Shown here: positions 51,300 to 63,469 of the stretch, piece by piece
Layout: each line of letters begins with the position of its first letter
Position numbering within the stretch: the first letter of the stretch is position 1
NCBI RefSeq assembly: GCF_963921235.1
Contig: NC_086097.1
Span: 60,266,001 to 60,330,000, forward strand
DNA: 64,000 nt
Source: Mobula hypostoma
Lineage: Eukaryota
Direction of reading: 5' to 3'
Made by a program: the position numbers and the translations under genes
Notes under the pieces: generated by a model
Database searches by the model: none
The model's input: only the letters and a program-made list of their open reading frames with translations
What the model was told of the DNA's origin: nothing

Positions 51300-54200
51300 T
51301 TCAGTGAAAGAATCTCTCACTGCTCCCCCATCTGTAATTTCTTCGGCTCTTCAACCTTTCGACCACATTTTGACTCAGACTCGCTATCACAGCCATATAT
51401 CCTTTCTTGGAACGTGCCTCCATCGCCAAGTTACTCCAGTTGGCTTTAGGATTCGTTTTCAAGCCTCTCAATCTGGACCTTCTGAGGATCCCAGGTACTC
51501 ATATTTTATTGACTTTGCCTCTCGTCGCTTCTCCCGTCAAGCTCTGAAGGCGACCCTGTCCGCCATGAGGAGATATTTGGTGTCCTTATAGCAGACTCTT
51601 CCACACCTTTGGGACACTTTCTTCGCCGTCTGTAATGGTCCTACCCGTTATTTCATCCTCCGTCGGATTCACGCCTGCAATCGCCGTTTTTTTGACTTTG
51701 TCATGTTAGGCAAAGATCCCAAGATCTTACATCTGCAGACCTCAGAGCCTGCTGGCCCTGACGCTAGCAGGCATGAACTTCAGATTGCGGCCCCTGCCAT
51801 TGATCTCGCCGGCTCCAACACTTCAGGACATGTTCAAAACCCGGACTCCAGCAACGACCATGGACACCTTCAAAGCGATTGCGCAACCACCAACTGAGAC
51901 TCCAGCCTTGAACTCCAGGCCGGGTCTTTATGTGTTGCTATTGTGACTCCCGTCTTCCCTTCCCCAATTACCACTCTGCAACCCTGTCTCCTTCAGATCC
52001 CACCATCAGCTTCTGGGCCCTCAGAGGCTCCACCTTCCTCTCACCCCAACCCTCCCCTCTCCACTGATGCACTCAGCCTCCCCCCTCTCGCCTCTGAACC
52101 CAGCTGTCATCCGTGCCGGGTCTTTACCATCCCCTCCGACCTTCAACTCTCTGAGGCAGAGCGCTCTATCCTCAGTAAGGGCCTCACCTTTGTCCCCCTT
52201 CGCCCACACCTCAGCGAGTTCTGCGTTCGCCAGGATGCGGAACTCTTCTTCCGCCGTCTTCGTCTCCGAGCCTACTTCTTCAGCAAGGACTCTTCCACCC
52301 CCACCGATGATCCCTTCTCCCGTCTTCAACCCTCCTCCTCTTCATGGATACCCCGCTCTGGTCTTCTGCCTGTCTGGATCTCTTTATTGCTAATTGCCGA
52401 CGGGACATCAACCGTCTCGACTTCACCGCACCTTGTTCCCATTCCAACCTTACTCCTTCCGAACGCTCTGCTCTCCACTCCCTCCGCACTAATCCTAACC
52501 TTACTATTAAACCCGCCGATAAGGGGGGTGCTGTTGTAGTCTGGCGTACTGACCTCTACCTTGCCGAGGCACGGTGACAACTCGCGGATACCTCCTCTTA
52601 TTTACCCCTCGATCGTGACCCCACTAAGGAGCGCCAGACCATTGTCTCCCACACCATCACCGACTTTATCCACTCAGGGGATCTCCCATCCACTGCTACC
52701 AACCTTATAGTTCCCACACCTCGCAACTCCCGTTTCTACCTCCTACCCAAGATCTACAAACCTGCCTGTCCTGGCAGACCTATTGTCTCAGCTTGCTCCT
52801 GCCCCACCGAACTCGTTTCTGCATACCTCGACACGGTTTTATCCCCCCTTGTTCAATCCCTTCCTACCTATGTTCGGGACACTTCTCACGTTCTTAAACT
52901 TTTCGATGATTTTAAGTTCCCTGGACCCACTGCTTTATTTTCACCATGGATGTCCAGTCCCTATATATTTCCATCCCCCATCAGGAAGGTCTCAAAGCTC
53001 TTCGCTTCTTTTTGGATTCCAGACCTAATCAGTTCCCCTCTACCACCACTCTGCTCTGTCTAGCGGAATTAGTCCTTACTCTTAATATTCTCATTTGGCT
53101 CCTCCCACTTCCTCCAAACTAAAGGTGTAGCTATGGGCACCCATATGGGTCCTAGCTATGCCTGCCTTTTTGTTGGCTTTGTGGAACGATCTATATTCCA
53201 AACCTATTCTGGTATCTGTCCCCCACTTTTCCTTCGCTACATCGATGACTGCATTGGCGCTGCTTCCTGCACATATGCTGAGCTCGTTGACTTCATTAAC
53301 TTTGGCTCCAACTTTCACCCTGCCCTCAAGTTTACCTGGTCCATTTCTGACACCTCCCTCCCCTTTCTAGATCTTTCTGTCTCTATCTCTGGAGACAGCT
53401 TATCTACTGATGTCTACTATAAGCCTACTGACTGTCACAGCTATCTGGACTATTCCTCTTCTCACCCTGTCTCTTGCAAAAATGCCACCCCCTTCTCGCA
53501 ATTCCTCCATCTCCGCCGCATCTGCTCTCAGGATGAGGCTTTTCATTCCAGGACCAGGGAGATGTCTTCCTTTTTTAAAGAAAGGGGCTTCCCTTCCTCC
53601 ACTATCAACTCTGCTGTTAAACGCATCTCTCCCATTTCACGTACATCTGCTCTCACTTCATCCTCCCGCCGCCCCACTAGGAATAGGGTTCCCCTGGTCC
53701 TCACCTACCACCCCACTAGCCTCCGGCTCCAACATATTATTCTCCGTAACTTCCGCCACCTCCAACAGGATCCACCACTAAGCACATCTTTCCCTCCCCC
53801 CACCCTGCTTTCCACAGGGATTGCTCCCTATGGGACTCCCTTGTCCATTCGTCCCCCCCCATCCCTCCCACTGATCTCCCTCCTGGCACTTATCCTTGTA
53901 AGCGGAACAAGTGCTACACATGCCCTTACACTTCCTCCCTTACCACCATTCAGGGCCCCAGACAGTCCTTCCAGGTGAGGCGACACTTCACCTGTGAGTT
54001 GGCTAGGGTGATATACTGTGTCCGGTGCTCCCAATGTGACCTTCTATATATTGGCGAAACCCGATGCAGACTGGGAGATCGTTTTGCTGAACATCTACGC
54101 TCTGTCAGCCAGAGAAAGCAGGATCTCCCAGTGGCAACACATTTTAATTCCACATCCCATTCCCATTCTGATATGTCTGTCCACAGCCTCCTCTACTGTA

Positions 54201-54301
54201 AAGACGAAGCCACACTCAGGTTGGAGGAACAACACCTAATATTCCGTTTGGGTAGCCTCCAACCTGATGGCATGAATATTGACTTCTCTAACTTCTGCTA
54301 A
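51300..54301 (+). pseudogene. Penelope-like polyprotein (N-terminal domain, RT, Cys linker, GIY-YIG endonuclease), disrupted
   Basis: Motifs in order: HISFLGTC...PVG, LSEAERSILSKGLTFVP, IKPADKGGAVVVW, MGTHMGPSYA, RYIDD, LPFLD, YYKPT, CKRNKCYTC, VIYCVRCSQCDLLYIGET...RFAEH. Several stops and frameshifts. Confidence 0.95.
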
Positions 54302-54593
54302 TGCCCCACCTCCCCCTCGTACCCCATCCGTTATTTATTTATATACACACATTCTTTCTCTCTCTCTCCTTTTTCTCCACCTGTCCCTCTGACTATACCC
54401 CTTGCCCATCCCTTTCCCCCCTCCCCCTTTTCCTTCTCCCTGGGCCTCCTATCCCATGATCCTCTCATATCCCTTTTGCCAATCACCTGTCCAGCTCTTG
54501 GCTCCATCCCGCCTCCTCCTGTCTTCTCCTATCATTTTGGATCTCCCCCTCCCCCTCCCACTTCCAAATCTCTTACTAGCTCTTCCTTCAGTT

Positions 54594-54629
54594 AGTCCTG
54601 TCAAAGGGTCTCGGCCCGAAATGTCGACT
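54594..54629 (+). ncRNA. Degenerate hammerhead ribozyme motif
   Basis: agtc-CTGTCAA-a-ggg-tctcgg-ccc-GAAAT-GTC-gact; core mutated. Confidence 0.6.
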
Positions 54630-55649
54630 GTACCTCTTCCTAGATGGCCTGCTGCGTTCACCAGCAACTTTAATGTGTGTTACTCTCTTATGGAAGAAAT
54701 TTCTCCTGATTTTAGTCCTAAAAGACCTAACCATTATTTTAAGACTGTGACTCTTGGTTATAGGCTACATATTCAGAGATGAACAACATTCTCCCAATAT
54801 CAATGTTAACAAACCCTGAAGGATTTTTTGAGTGTTTCAATGAGGTCAACTCTCATTCTTCTAAATCTCAGCAAATGACTAGCCCAATCAATCTCTCTTC
54901 ATATTACAGACTTGCTATCTTACAACCCCAGGAACAGACTGGTAAATCTTTGTTGTGTATCCCCTAAAGCACGTAGATCTGTTTTTAGGTAAAGAGACGG
55001 CAGTATGGTATCACTGTGGCCTTATATATATTTTTGTGAGACAAATGTACGCACTTTAGTGTTCAAATCTCCGTGCAATGTAAGCCAACATAAACATTTG
55101 CCAACATAACTACTGCTGCAGTTGTTTGTTTTCTTTCATTGACAAAGATAACCAGGTCCCTCTGTACATTAGCAATTCCCAATTACTCACCACTTAAAAA
55201 AAAATCCATCTATTCACCCTTTGTCATCTGCTCAATTTGCAGGTTGGTTGTTGGATTACTATTGCTAACTCAGATAAATCACTGGTTTATAATGCATTAG
55301 GTTGCACTGTGCAAAAAGTATTATTCTGCGGTTAAGGTTTTGTTGTCTTTAAAGAGGTTTAACCTGCGCTAATTGATGAGATCATTCAATATTTAACTCT
55401 GGCAACAAGACAAATGTTGGCTAAGTAGAAGTTAGTTCACAAATATTTCTCTAGGTTAGTTCACACAATATGCTTAACAAATCTTCTCATAACCTCTAAC
55501 ATCACTGTTTCCAGTATATACTCCACACCACTCTTCAATATCCGTAATGCCAGGATGTTTAGTTTCACTTCAACAATATTCATCCAACTAGCTAAAAATG
55601 AAAAGCAAACTGAGCGTTAGCATGCTCATAACTGTAACAACATAAATAC

Positions 55650-56610
55650 AAAGATTCAAAGGTTCATTTATCATAAAAGTATGTATGCAGTGTACAACTA
55701 TGAGATTCATCTTCTCCAGATAGCCATGAAACAAAAATAACGTGGAAATTCAACAAAAAAACATCAAACCACCCATGAGAACTATAAGAACTAAAATCCC
55801 AACTCAGATCAGACCAAATTTAAATCTCACAACAGCAACAAGAGCAATAGCCCTCCCCACCCCACCGCTGCAGAGAAACAAATCACGTAAATTGCGAGAA
55901 CCTCAGACTCCAAACCTTCCCCACACAAAAAACCATACAAATCATGCAAGATTAAATTGCTCAGATGACAACAAGAGCATCAACTTTCTCCCCTGCAGAA
56001 AAAAAACTTACAGTATGCGCCAAAGTTAAATCCTTCAGAAAGAGCATGAGAAAACATAGATTATAACAGATATAAAACAAAAGAGTCCAGTCCAGCCCAT
56101 TAATCGCAGAACTACAGTGAGATCCATCCTTTGACAGCTACGAGGGAGATCATTGAAACACAGAGGCAGAGCAGTGAGGGAGATAGGCTGTCACACACAG
56201 ACACCTTATTGGGCTACATCAAGCAATAGGCGGCCAAATAGACACCTGATCTGGCAACAGCCAGAGGCAGGTAGTTGGCGCTGAACATTTACTCACCTTC
56301 TTCATTCGCCTCAGTGTCTCAATCTTCCTCGACATTTTAATCAGCGATTAATGGATGACTTAATCAGCAAAATGGAGTCAATCATGGGCTCACAGTCCAT
56401 CCCTAATCTTCGCTTCGAGGCTATTCGTGTCCTGGAATGTTGTTGGAGACAGCAGAACACTCTTCAGACTGTAAATCACAGGCTCTTACAGTTCCTGAAG
56501 CACATGCAAGATAAAAAAAATGATGTGCAAGAAGTGAAATAAACAGTGTTGTGGACTATCTGAAAGATGTTGCCCAAGGAATTGTTGATCACTGCATCAT
56601 CTTGACTTGT
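55650..56610 (-). mobile_element. Non-autonomous retroposon with LINE-like 3' end
   Basis: 3' end aagattcaaaggttcatttatc...atgagattcatcttctcc resembles 23640-23730; the opposite end catcatcttg reads AAGATGA on the minus strand. Confidence 0.5.
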
Positions 56611-57007
56611 GTAATGTAATTGTAGTTTCTACTTCTACTACATGTGCTCAATGTTCATAGGAGACTAAAATTTTAATGTCTTTTATTTCAATGGTGCCTC
56701 TCCATTGGATGTAAAAATAATTTGTTTGTAAATTTATCAGGAGTAGTTTCAGTGCAAGCAGATTGACTCACAATCCAATTCAATCTTTTTCTTTAAACTA
56801 AATAAATTGGATTGATCTATCAATGATCATTATTTTGCAATTACAATAAATTATGCTTTGTCTTTTAAAGAGTCTTACCATAGGTTTAACATGTTTGTTC
56901 TATTGCTGGTGTGAGTACATATTAGGCTTTTTCTTTTTGGTTGAATCATGGTTGGCAATCGCACACAAAATTAATTATGTACTGCCCACAGCAGCACTGG
57001 CAGATAG

Positions 57008-59206
57008 CCTCAGTCCGACCATCTTTCATTGTTTCTGCAAGTATAGCCTGGTCATTAAATGTGTGAAACCCACAATGAAGACTACTAAGATCTGGCTGGA
57101 GGGTGCTGATTCTGCTTTTCAGCACCAGTTCCAGCACACAGACTGGAGTACGTTTGCTGCCTATGCCACCACAGACTCTCAGATTAACATTTACTTATAT
57201 ACCAACTCTGTCCTTGAACACATCAACAAGTGTGTAGATAGAGTGACATCACAAAAACAAATAAAAGTTTTCACCAATCAGAAACAGAGACGTTTGCCTC
57301 CTGCTCAAAGCCAGAGATTCAGCCTTCAGGTCTGGAGACCGGGAGGCTTACAGCTCACCCAGGGCCAACCTGAGGCGGGGAAACTCTCAGGCTAAACACA
57401 CATACAAACAGAGAATCGAGAAGCATTTCAACTCCTCGGACCCCCGGCGCATGTGGCATAGCATACAGGTCATTACCGACTTCAAACCTCCTAGTACTGT
57501 GCCCCCTTCCAGCTCTGCTTCCCTCCCTGATGAGCTCAATGACTTCTACGTTCTCTTTGACCGAGAGAACAAGGAGGTCACCCTCAAAGCAGATCTCCCA
57601 CCTGGTGAACTGCCTCTCTCATTTTCCACCTCCAATATTTGACCCACCCTGAGCAGGGTGAATGTACGGAAGGCAGCTGGTCCGGATGGAATACCTGGCC
57701 ATGTGCTCAGAGTCTGTGCAGGGCAGTTGGCTGGGGTCTTCACGGACATTTTTGATCTGTCCCTGGCCCAGGCAGTTGTCCCCACAAGCTTCAAGATTGC
57801 CACCATCGTGCCAGTGCTGAAGCATTCCACTGCCACGGGCCTGGATGACTTCCGCCCAGTTGCACTCACCCCCATCATTGCAAAGTGCTTTGAGAGACTG
57901 GTTCTATCACATCTGAAATCCTGTCTGCCCACTACCCTGGACCCCCATCAATTTGCCTATTGCACCAACAGGTCAACAGAGGACGCCATCTCCACAGCAC
58001 TTCACTCTGCCCTGACCCACCTGGACAGCCCCAACTCTTACATCAGAATGCTGTTCATTGACTTTAGTTCAGCATTCAATACCGTGATCTCCTCCAAGCT
58101 GATGGCCAAACTTCGCCAGCTTGGTGTCAGCTTAGCCCTCTGCAATTGGACCTTGGACTTTCTGCCTAACAGACCCCAATCAGTTGAGTTAGACAACTTC
58201 TCCTCCTCCACTCTCACCCTGAACACCGGCGTGCCTCAAGGCTGTGTGCTGAGCCCTCTTCTGTACTCCCTTTTCACCTATGACTGCGTTCCTGTACATA
58301 GTTCTAACTCCATAATCAAGTTCGCAGATGACACCACAGTTGTTGGCCTGATCAGAGGGGATGATGAAACAGCCTACAGGGATGAGGTCCAGCACCTGGC
58401 CGCGTGGTGTGCCGACAATAACCTGGCCCTTAACAGCCAGAAGACCAAGGAGATCATTATGGACTTCAGGAATGCTAGGAGCCACACTCACGTCCCCATC
58501 TACATCAACGGAGCTGTAATGAAGCAGGTAACAAGCTTCAAATTTCTTGGTGTCCACATTTCCGAGGATCTCACCTGGTCCCTGAACTCCTCCATCCTGA
58601 TCAAAAAGGCGCAACAGCGTCTTTATTTCCTGAGGAGCATCAAGAAAGCTCACCTCTGTCTCAAGGTACTGATGTACTTTTACCACTGTACAATTGAGAG
58701 CACACTCACCAACTACATCTCAGTGTGGTATGGCAATTGTCCCGTATCGGACCGCAAAGCACTCCAGAGTGTGGTAAAAACTGCCCAGCGGATTATCGGC
58801 ACCCAGTTGCCCACCATTGAGAACATCTACCATAAATGCTGCCTGGGCAGGGTGAAAAGCATTATCAAGGATGCATCTCACCCTAACCATGGACTTTTTA
58901 CTCTCCTCCCATCCAGTAGGCACTACAGGAGCCTCTGCTCCCATACCAGCAGGCACAGGAAGAGGTTCCTCCCTGAGGCTGTGACCCTGCTGAACCTCAC
59001 ATCACAGCGCTAAGCAGTATTGCACCCATATTGTACTGTCTCAGTACTTTTATATTTGTGTGCTGTAGCACTTACTTTTTATTCACAGATATTTTGTAAA
59101 TAACACTATTTTTTGAATTTCTGGTTAGATGCTAACTACATTTCATTGGCTTTGTATCTGTACTCGGCACAATGACAATAAAGTTGAATCTAATCTAATC
59201 TAATCT
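57008..59206 (+). mobile_element. 5'-truncated Rex1/Babar-type LINE with (AATCT)n tail
   Basis: Begins at the APE-end motif SDHLSLFL (~57016); long RT ORF; 3' UTR ends aataaagttgaatctaatctaatctaatct. Confidence 0.93.
57658..59013 (+). CDS. Reverse transcriptase ORF (451 aa open) of the Rex1/Babar-type LINE; upstream part disrupted
   Basis: [67 protein letters not shown]. Confidence 0.88.
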   Translation: MNVRKAAGPDGIPGHVLRVCAGQLAGVFTDIFDLSLAQAVVPTSFKIATIVPVLKHSTATGLDDFRPVALTPIIAKCFERLVLSHLKSCLPTTLDPHQFAYCTNRSTEDAISTALHSALTHLDSPNSYIRMLFIDFSSAFNTVISSKLMAKLRQLGVSLALCNWTLDFLPNRPQSVELDNFSSSTLTLNTGVPQGCVLSPLLYSLFTYDCVPVHSSNSIIKFADDTTVVGLIRGDDETAYRDEVQHLAAWCADNNLALNSQKTKEIIMDFRNARSHTHVPIYINGAVMKQVTSFKFLGVHISEDLTWSLNSSILIKKAQQRLYFLRSIKKAHLCLKVLMYFYHCTIESTLTNYISVWYGNCPVSDRKALQSVVKTAQRIIGTQLPTIENIYHKCCLGRVKSIIKDASHPNHGLFTLLPSSRHYRSLCSHTSRHRKRFLPEAVTLLNLTSQR

Positions 59207-59934
59207 ATTATTCATATATATCAAAGAAACAAAAAGAAAGATAAGGCACAGAGACTTTAATCCTTTATGTCAGCCAATTTCCTGTGTAGTTCTTAAATTG
59301 GCATGTCTGATTTTATTCTTTAGATGCTTTTTGTGGGAAAATGGATAACTATGTCCTCAGGTCAATTAAAAACAGATTATCTTTTTCTCTTGTGCAGCAC
59401 TTGTTTTCTTCTTACCTCAAAAAGCTATTTCAACACAAGAAAAAAGATGAAAGAAAATAATGCTTTTCTTCTTTTTGTATTTTAAAAGCTCATGAAGTTG
59501 TAATTTGCTGCTATATTATACCGGTAAGACCATAAGTATGATGGATTAGAATTGTTAATGAAGGCAGATGATGGGTTGTAGTACACTCAGTTAATAAAAG
59601 CTTATTAATGTAAGGTTTATTATGTACACTTTTAATACCTGGTCTCCTTATTCATTGTTGAATGATTGTATCTTTATAATATTCTGAGCCATACAGGTAT
59701 ATGTTATAATTGTATCATCAGAAAGGTCTGGATTTTTTTTTTAGTTTTTTTGATCCAATTGGAGAATGTTTTATTGGATACTGGACAGGTTTACCATTTT
59801 GTAACCACCATCCTCACTTCAATTCACCCTGTCTTTTGTGATCCTCACTGAGCTTCAGTCCTTGTTGTAATTGCCCTAAAATAAGAAGTACTCGTGTGAA
59901 GTTTCAAGGCCTCAGACAAAAGAACATGCAGTAT

Positions 59935-60770
59935 GTTCAATAGTTCCATTTAATATCGGAGAATGTATACAATATACAACCTGCAATTTTTGTTCTTCAC
60001 AGGCATTCATGAAAACAGAACGGTACCTCAGAGAATGAGTGACAGTAGAACCCCAATCTCCCCCACACCCCCCTCCCACACACAAGCAGCAGCAAAGCAA
60101 TGACCTTCCCCACCTTACCTCAGCAAAAAGCATCTGCACCCTCTACCCTCCAAGCAAGCAATAGCAAAGTCCAAAAGAAAAACTATTATCTGCAGTACAA
60201 GAAAACCTACGGTAACTGTTTAACCAACAATTCCACATACCACAGGCTCTCTCTCTCCCTAATAAAGGAGCAGAGAGCTGTCACACAGTGAGAGGGGAGA
60301 CTAACAGGAAAAATAAAGCATTTGCTGTGATTATGATGTTAATGTCTACTGTGTCACTTCCCCCCCTCAAGTTCTCCGACTCCAGAATCAGCAACAAACC
60401 CTCCCCCACTAGAGTCACAGAGACACCGAGAGAGATAGATATCCAGGTACAGAGGCCTCCAACAGCTGATCTGCTGTTCATAATATACTATTTTCTCCTG
60501 CAAGACTTCAGTTAGTGACACTGGCATAGAACTGGCTCATCCCCAGGGCTGGACCTTGATGCATACTTGTCTTCTAGGCTGCATTTTTGGGATGCGGGAG
60601 TCCTGGGAGTGGAATCATCGCCATAAAGCACCGAAGTTTGAGTGCAGCTGTAGGTCAGGGATTTCAACAGAACCCCATCCACCTTGAAAAGGAGAAAAAA
60701 GAGACATTAAAGGTAGAAATTAATCTGGTTCCACAGATGAGCTTGAAGAAACCGTTCTCTAGTGCCATAG
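59935..60770 (-). mobile_element. Non-autonomous retroposon, same family as 9170-9600
   Basis: Shared 3' end (gttccatttaatatcggagaatgtatacaatatacaacctg...ttcttcacag) and C-rich tract; right boundary approximate. Confidence 0.55.
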
Positions 60771-60936
60771 TAGCTCTGCTCTCAATAGCTTCTTTGATAA
60801 ATTACAATTAATCAGTAATGTCAATAAATAATATCTGCACCATTCAAAATTTAATAATTCATACTTTTAGCAATTTAAATTTTATTTCCCTCAGTTATCT
60901 AGTTTTATCATTGATTAGTATATTCTACTGCATATC

Positions 60937-61250
60937 CCATGTGGGCACATGGCCAAGTGGTTAAGGCATTGGACTAGTGACCTGAAGGTTGTGAGTTTGA
61001 GCCCCAGCCGAGGCAATGTGTTGTGTCCTTGAGCAAGGCACTTAAACACACATTGCTCTGCGATGACACTGGTGCCAAGCTGTATGGGTCCTAATGCCCT
61101 TCCCTTGGACAACGCTGGTGTCGTGGAGAGGGGAGACTTGCAGCATGGGCAACTGCTGGTCTTCCATACAACCTTGCCCAGGCCTGCACCCTCGAGAGTG
61201 AAGACTTTCCAGGCGCAGATCCATGGTCTAGCAAGACTAACGGATGTCTT
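60937..61250 (+). mobile_element. tRNA-derived SINE with CORE-like central motif
   Basis: A box tggccaagtgg (60950-60960), B-box-like gtttgagcc (~60995), central gtgtccttgagcaaggcactt. TSD tattctactgcatatc (60921-60936) and tattttactgcatatc (61251-61266). Confidence 0.88.
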
Positions 61251-62364
61251 TATTTTACTGCATATCAAATGCAGTTGGTGAATGGTCGATGCAAACTATC
61301 TACATTTTGGCAAAAGCATCCTTAGAGCAAACTATAAAGTATATCACTAATGTTGAGGGCTATTAGACCGTAAGACTGTAAGATCTAAGGGCAGAATTAA
61401 GCCATTTGTCCCATCGAGTCTGCTCCGCCATTTCATCATGGCTGATCCACTTCCCTCTCAGCAGCAATCTTCTGCCTTCTCCCTGTCCCCCTTCATGCAA
61501 AATGCATAAGTATCTGGTGACAGCTTTTCAGTTATTTATTGGTTAGAAAATGAAATATTTATATGTGCAAAAGCCCATGTTTTGTCACTAATCTAATTCA
61601 AATTAATCTCCAAACAAGCAAGGAATTGCTCATTGACATGTATCAGTTTGTGCACATTAATCTCAAATTTGTCTTAATCAGCGAAAGCTGTGGAGGTCTA
61701 ACCTTTTGACTTGCCCTTTGCAAGCATTTGCTGAGATGTTAACTGCGTTAAGGGAAAAGGCATTTTTAAGTCACTCTTAATGAATTATATAGGAAGTTAA
61801 GCCTGAAATTTGAATTGCATAGGGGATTAAATCACTTTAGTGATCTTTTCGAGCTGAAATTATACCAATTGCTATAATGAACCATTCATGATAATGTGTC
61901 TGAAATTTTCCCATCATCAGACATGCATCAAATGACCTTCTTAATTCTGCAATCTCTTTCCACTCATGCCAAAGCATTTTGGAGCTCAAAGCTCGACATT
62001 AAAACTAAGGGACAGAACACAATTTGAAATATGTTACCATTTAAAGGGGCAATCTTTTGAAAGTTCAGGGCAAACTGTTTAAACACTTTCCAAAGCGTGA
62101 AGTGTTCTTAAAATAACAATATGAGTTTTCTCTAACACTATGCTGCTGAGAAACTCATTCAGTAGATACCCAAGTAGTTACACTGCTGGGAGTACTCAAT
62201 TACTGGAAATATCATTAGTGTGGGCGAAGTACCTTGAGTCGGGGGAAAGGTATTCCCTTCAGTGGACAACCATCTGCCTTGAAAGACATCACATCCTCTC
62301 TGGAATTCCCAATGAGTAATGTATTCACAGACTCAGGCTTTGCAACTTTTTCATCATGGAGCCA

Positions 62365-62750
62365 CAGAGTCATAGAGCAATACAGCATGGAAACAGGCCA
62401 TTCGACCCAACTGGTCCATGCTGACCGCAGCATGCTCCCTGCTAGTATCAATTTCCTATGTTGGCTTATACACCATATAAGCCACTCCCCTGCATGTACC
62501 TATCCAAAAGCCTCTGAAATGTTACAGTTGTACCCTCCTCAATCACTTTCCTCAGGCAGCTCATTCCAGGAACTCATGTCCCTCTGTGCAAAGAAGTTAC
62601 ACCTCAGGTCTCTTTTACATCTCACCCCTCTTATCTTCCACCTGTGCACTTTAATTTTGAACTCCCAACCTCGGGGGAAAAGGCTATCCGTACCCCTCAT
62701 GATTTTAAAAATTTCTGTGAGATTATCCCTCAGTCTCTTGTGCTCTAGGA
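62365..62750 (-). mobile_element. CR1 3' fragment
   Basis: LEHKRLRDNLTEIFKIMRG...FFAQRDMSSWNELP plus 3' UTR. Confidence 0.8.
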
Positions 62751-62789
62751 GATCCAGCAAGGCCAAATGCTTCCTATTAAACAAATTTC

Positions 62790-63380
62790 ATAGTAAATTC
62801 ATCATCAAAGTACTGTGCATTATCTTACCGTATACTATTTTGTGGTTCATTTTCTTGCAAGCATTTACAGGGAAAATATTAATACAATTGAATTTTTAAA
62901 AACCTATGCATAAGCAAAGACTGACAAATGGAAAATATGTGAAAGGAGACAAACTGTGCAAATAAAAACATTACTGCGAAGACGAATTGTAAAGAGTCCT
63001 TGAAAGTGAATCTGTAAGTCTTCTAATTAGTTTTGAGTAGGGAATGAAATTACCCATGCTGGTTCAGGAGCCTGATGGCTGAAAGCTAACAAACTGTTCC
63101 TAAATCTGCCGGTGTGGAACTTAAAGCTTCTGTATCTCTTGCCAGATAGTGGGAGAATGAAGTGGGCATGACCTGGATGGGCGGGATGGCGTCTTTGATG
63201 ATAGTTGCTGCTTTCTTGTGGCAGTGCACCAATGTAAAAGAAGTCCATGGTGGGGAGGGTTTGTCTGTGATGGAATGGGTTAATTCCACCATCTTCCGTA
63301 GCCTTTTCCATTCCTGGGCATTGGTATTTACATACTAGACCGTGATGCAACCAGATAGGATACTCTCCACTGTGCACCCA
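62790..63380 (-). mobile_element. Rex1/Babar-type 3' fragment
   Basis: HPAHPGHAHFILPLSGKRYRS in ORF 63027-63377. Confidence 0.78.
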
Positions 63381-63469
63381 TAGACGTCTGTCTACATAAG
63401 CCCTCTAGTCGAGGCAGATTCCTTTTAGATCTCTTCCGCACCCTCTCCTGCCTGTCTATGTCTTTCATA

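Larger units (their letters stand above)
50044..54681 (+). mobile_element. Near-full-length Neptune-type Penelope-like element with inverted upstream arm
   Basis: Minus arm 50044-~51270, then plus body ~51300-54681. TSD actctcttaaggaa (50030-50043) and actctcttatggaa (54682-54695). Inserted into an old CR1 3' fragment. Confidence 0.96.

Noticed and set aside
45529..54782. Recurrent ORFs beginning MLVNAAGQAASLGRG or containing PDEGSRPETSTVP, which look like a small gene family
   Set aside because: They are translations of the non-coding Penelope terminal repeat and hammerhead, with variable frames and ends.
60941..61012. tRNA-like sequence
   Set aside because: It is the head of a SINE: degenerate B box, followed by a body and tail and flanked by a TSD.
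61540..62000. TAAT-rich unique sequence resembling a conserved non-coding enhancer
   Set aside because: Conservation cannot be assessed without alignments, and such motifs are expected in AT-rich DNA.
62234..62899. 221-aa ORF
   Set aside because: It runs antisense through a CR1 3' fragment and adjacent repeats; a chimeric chance ORF.
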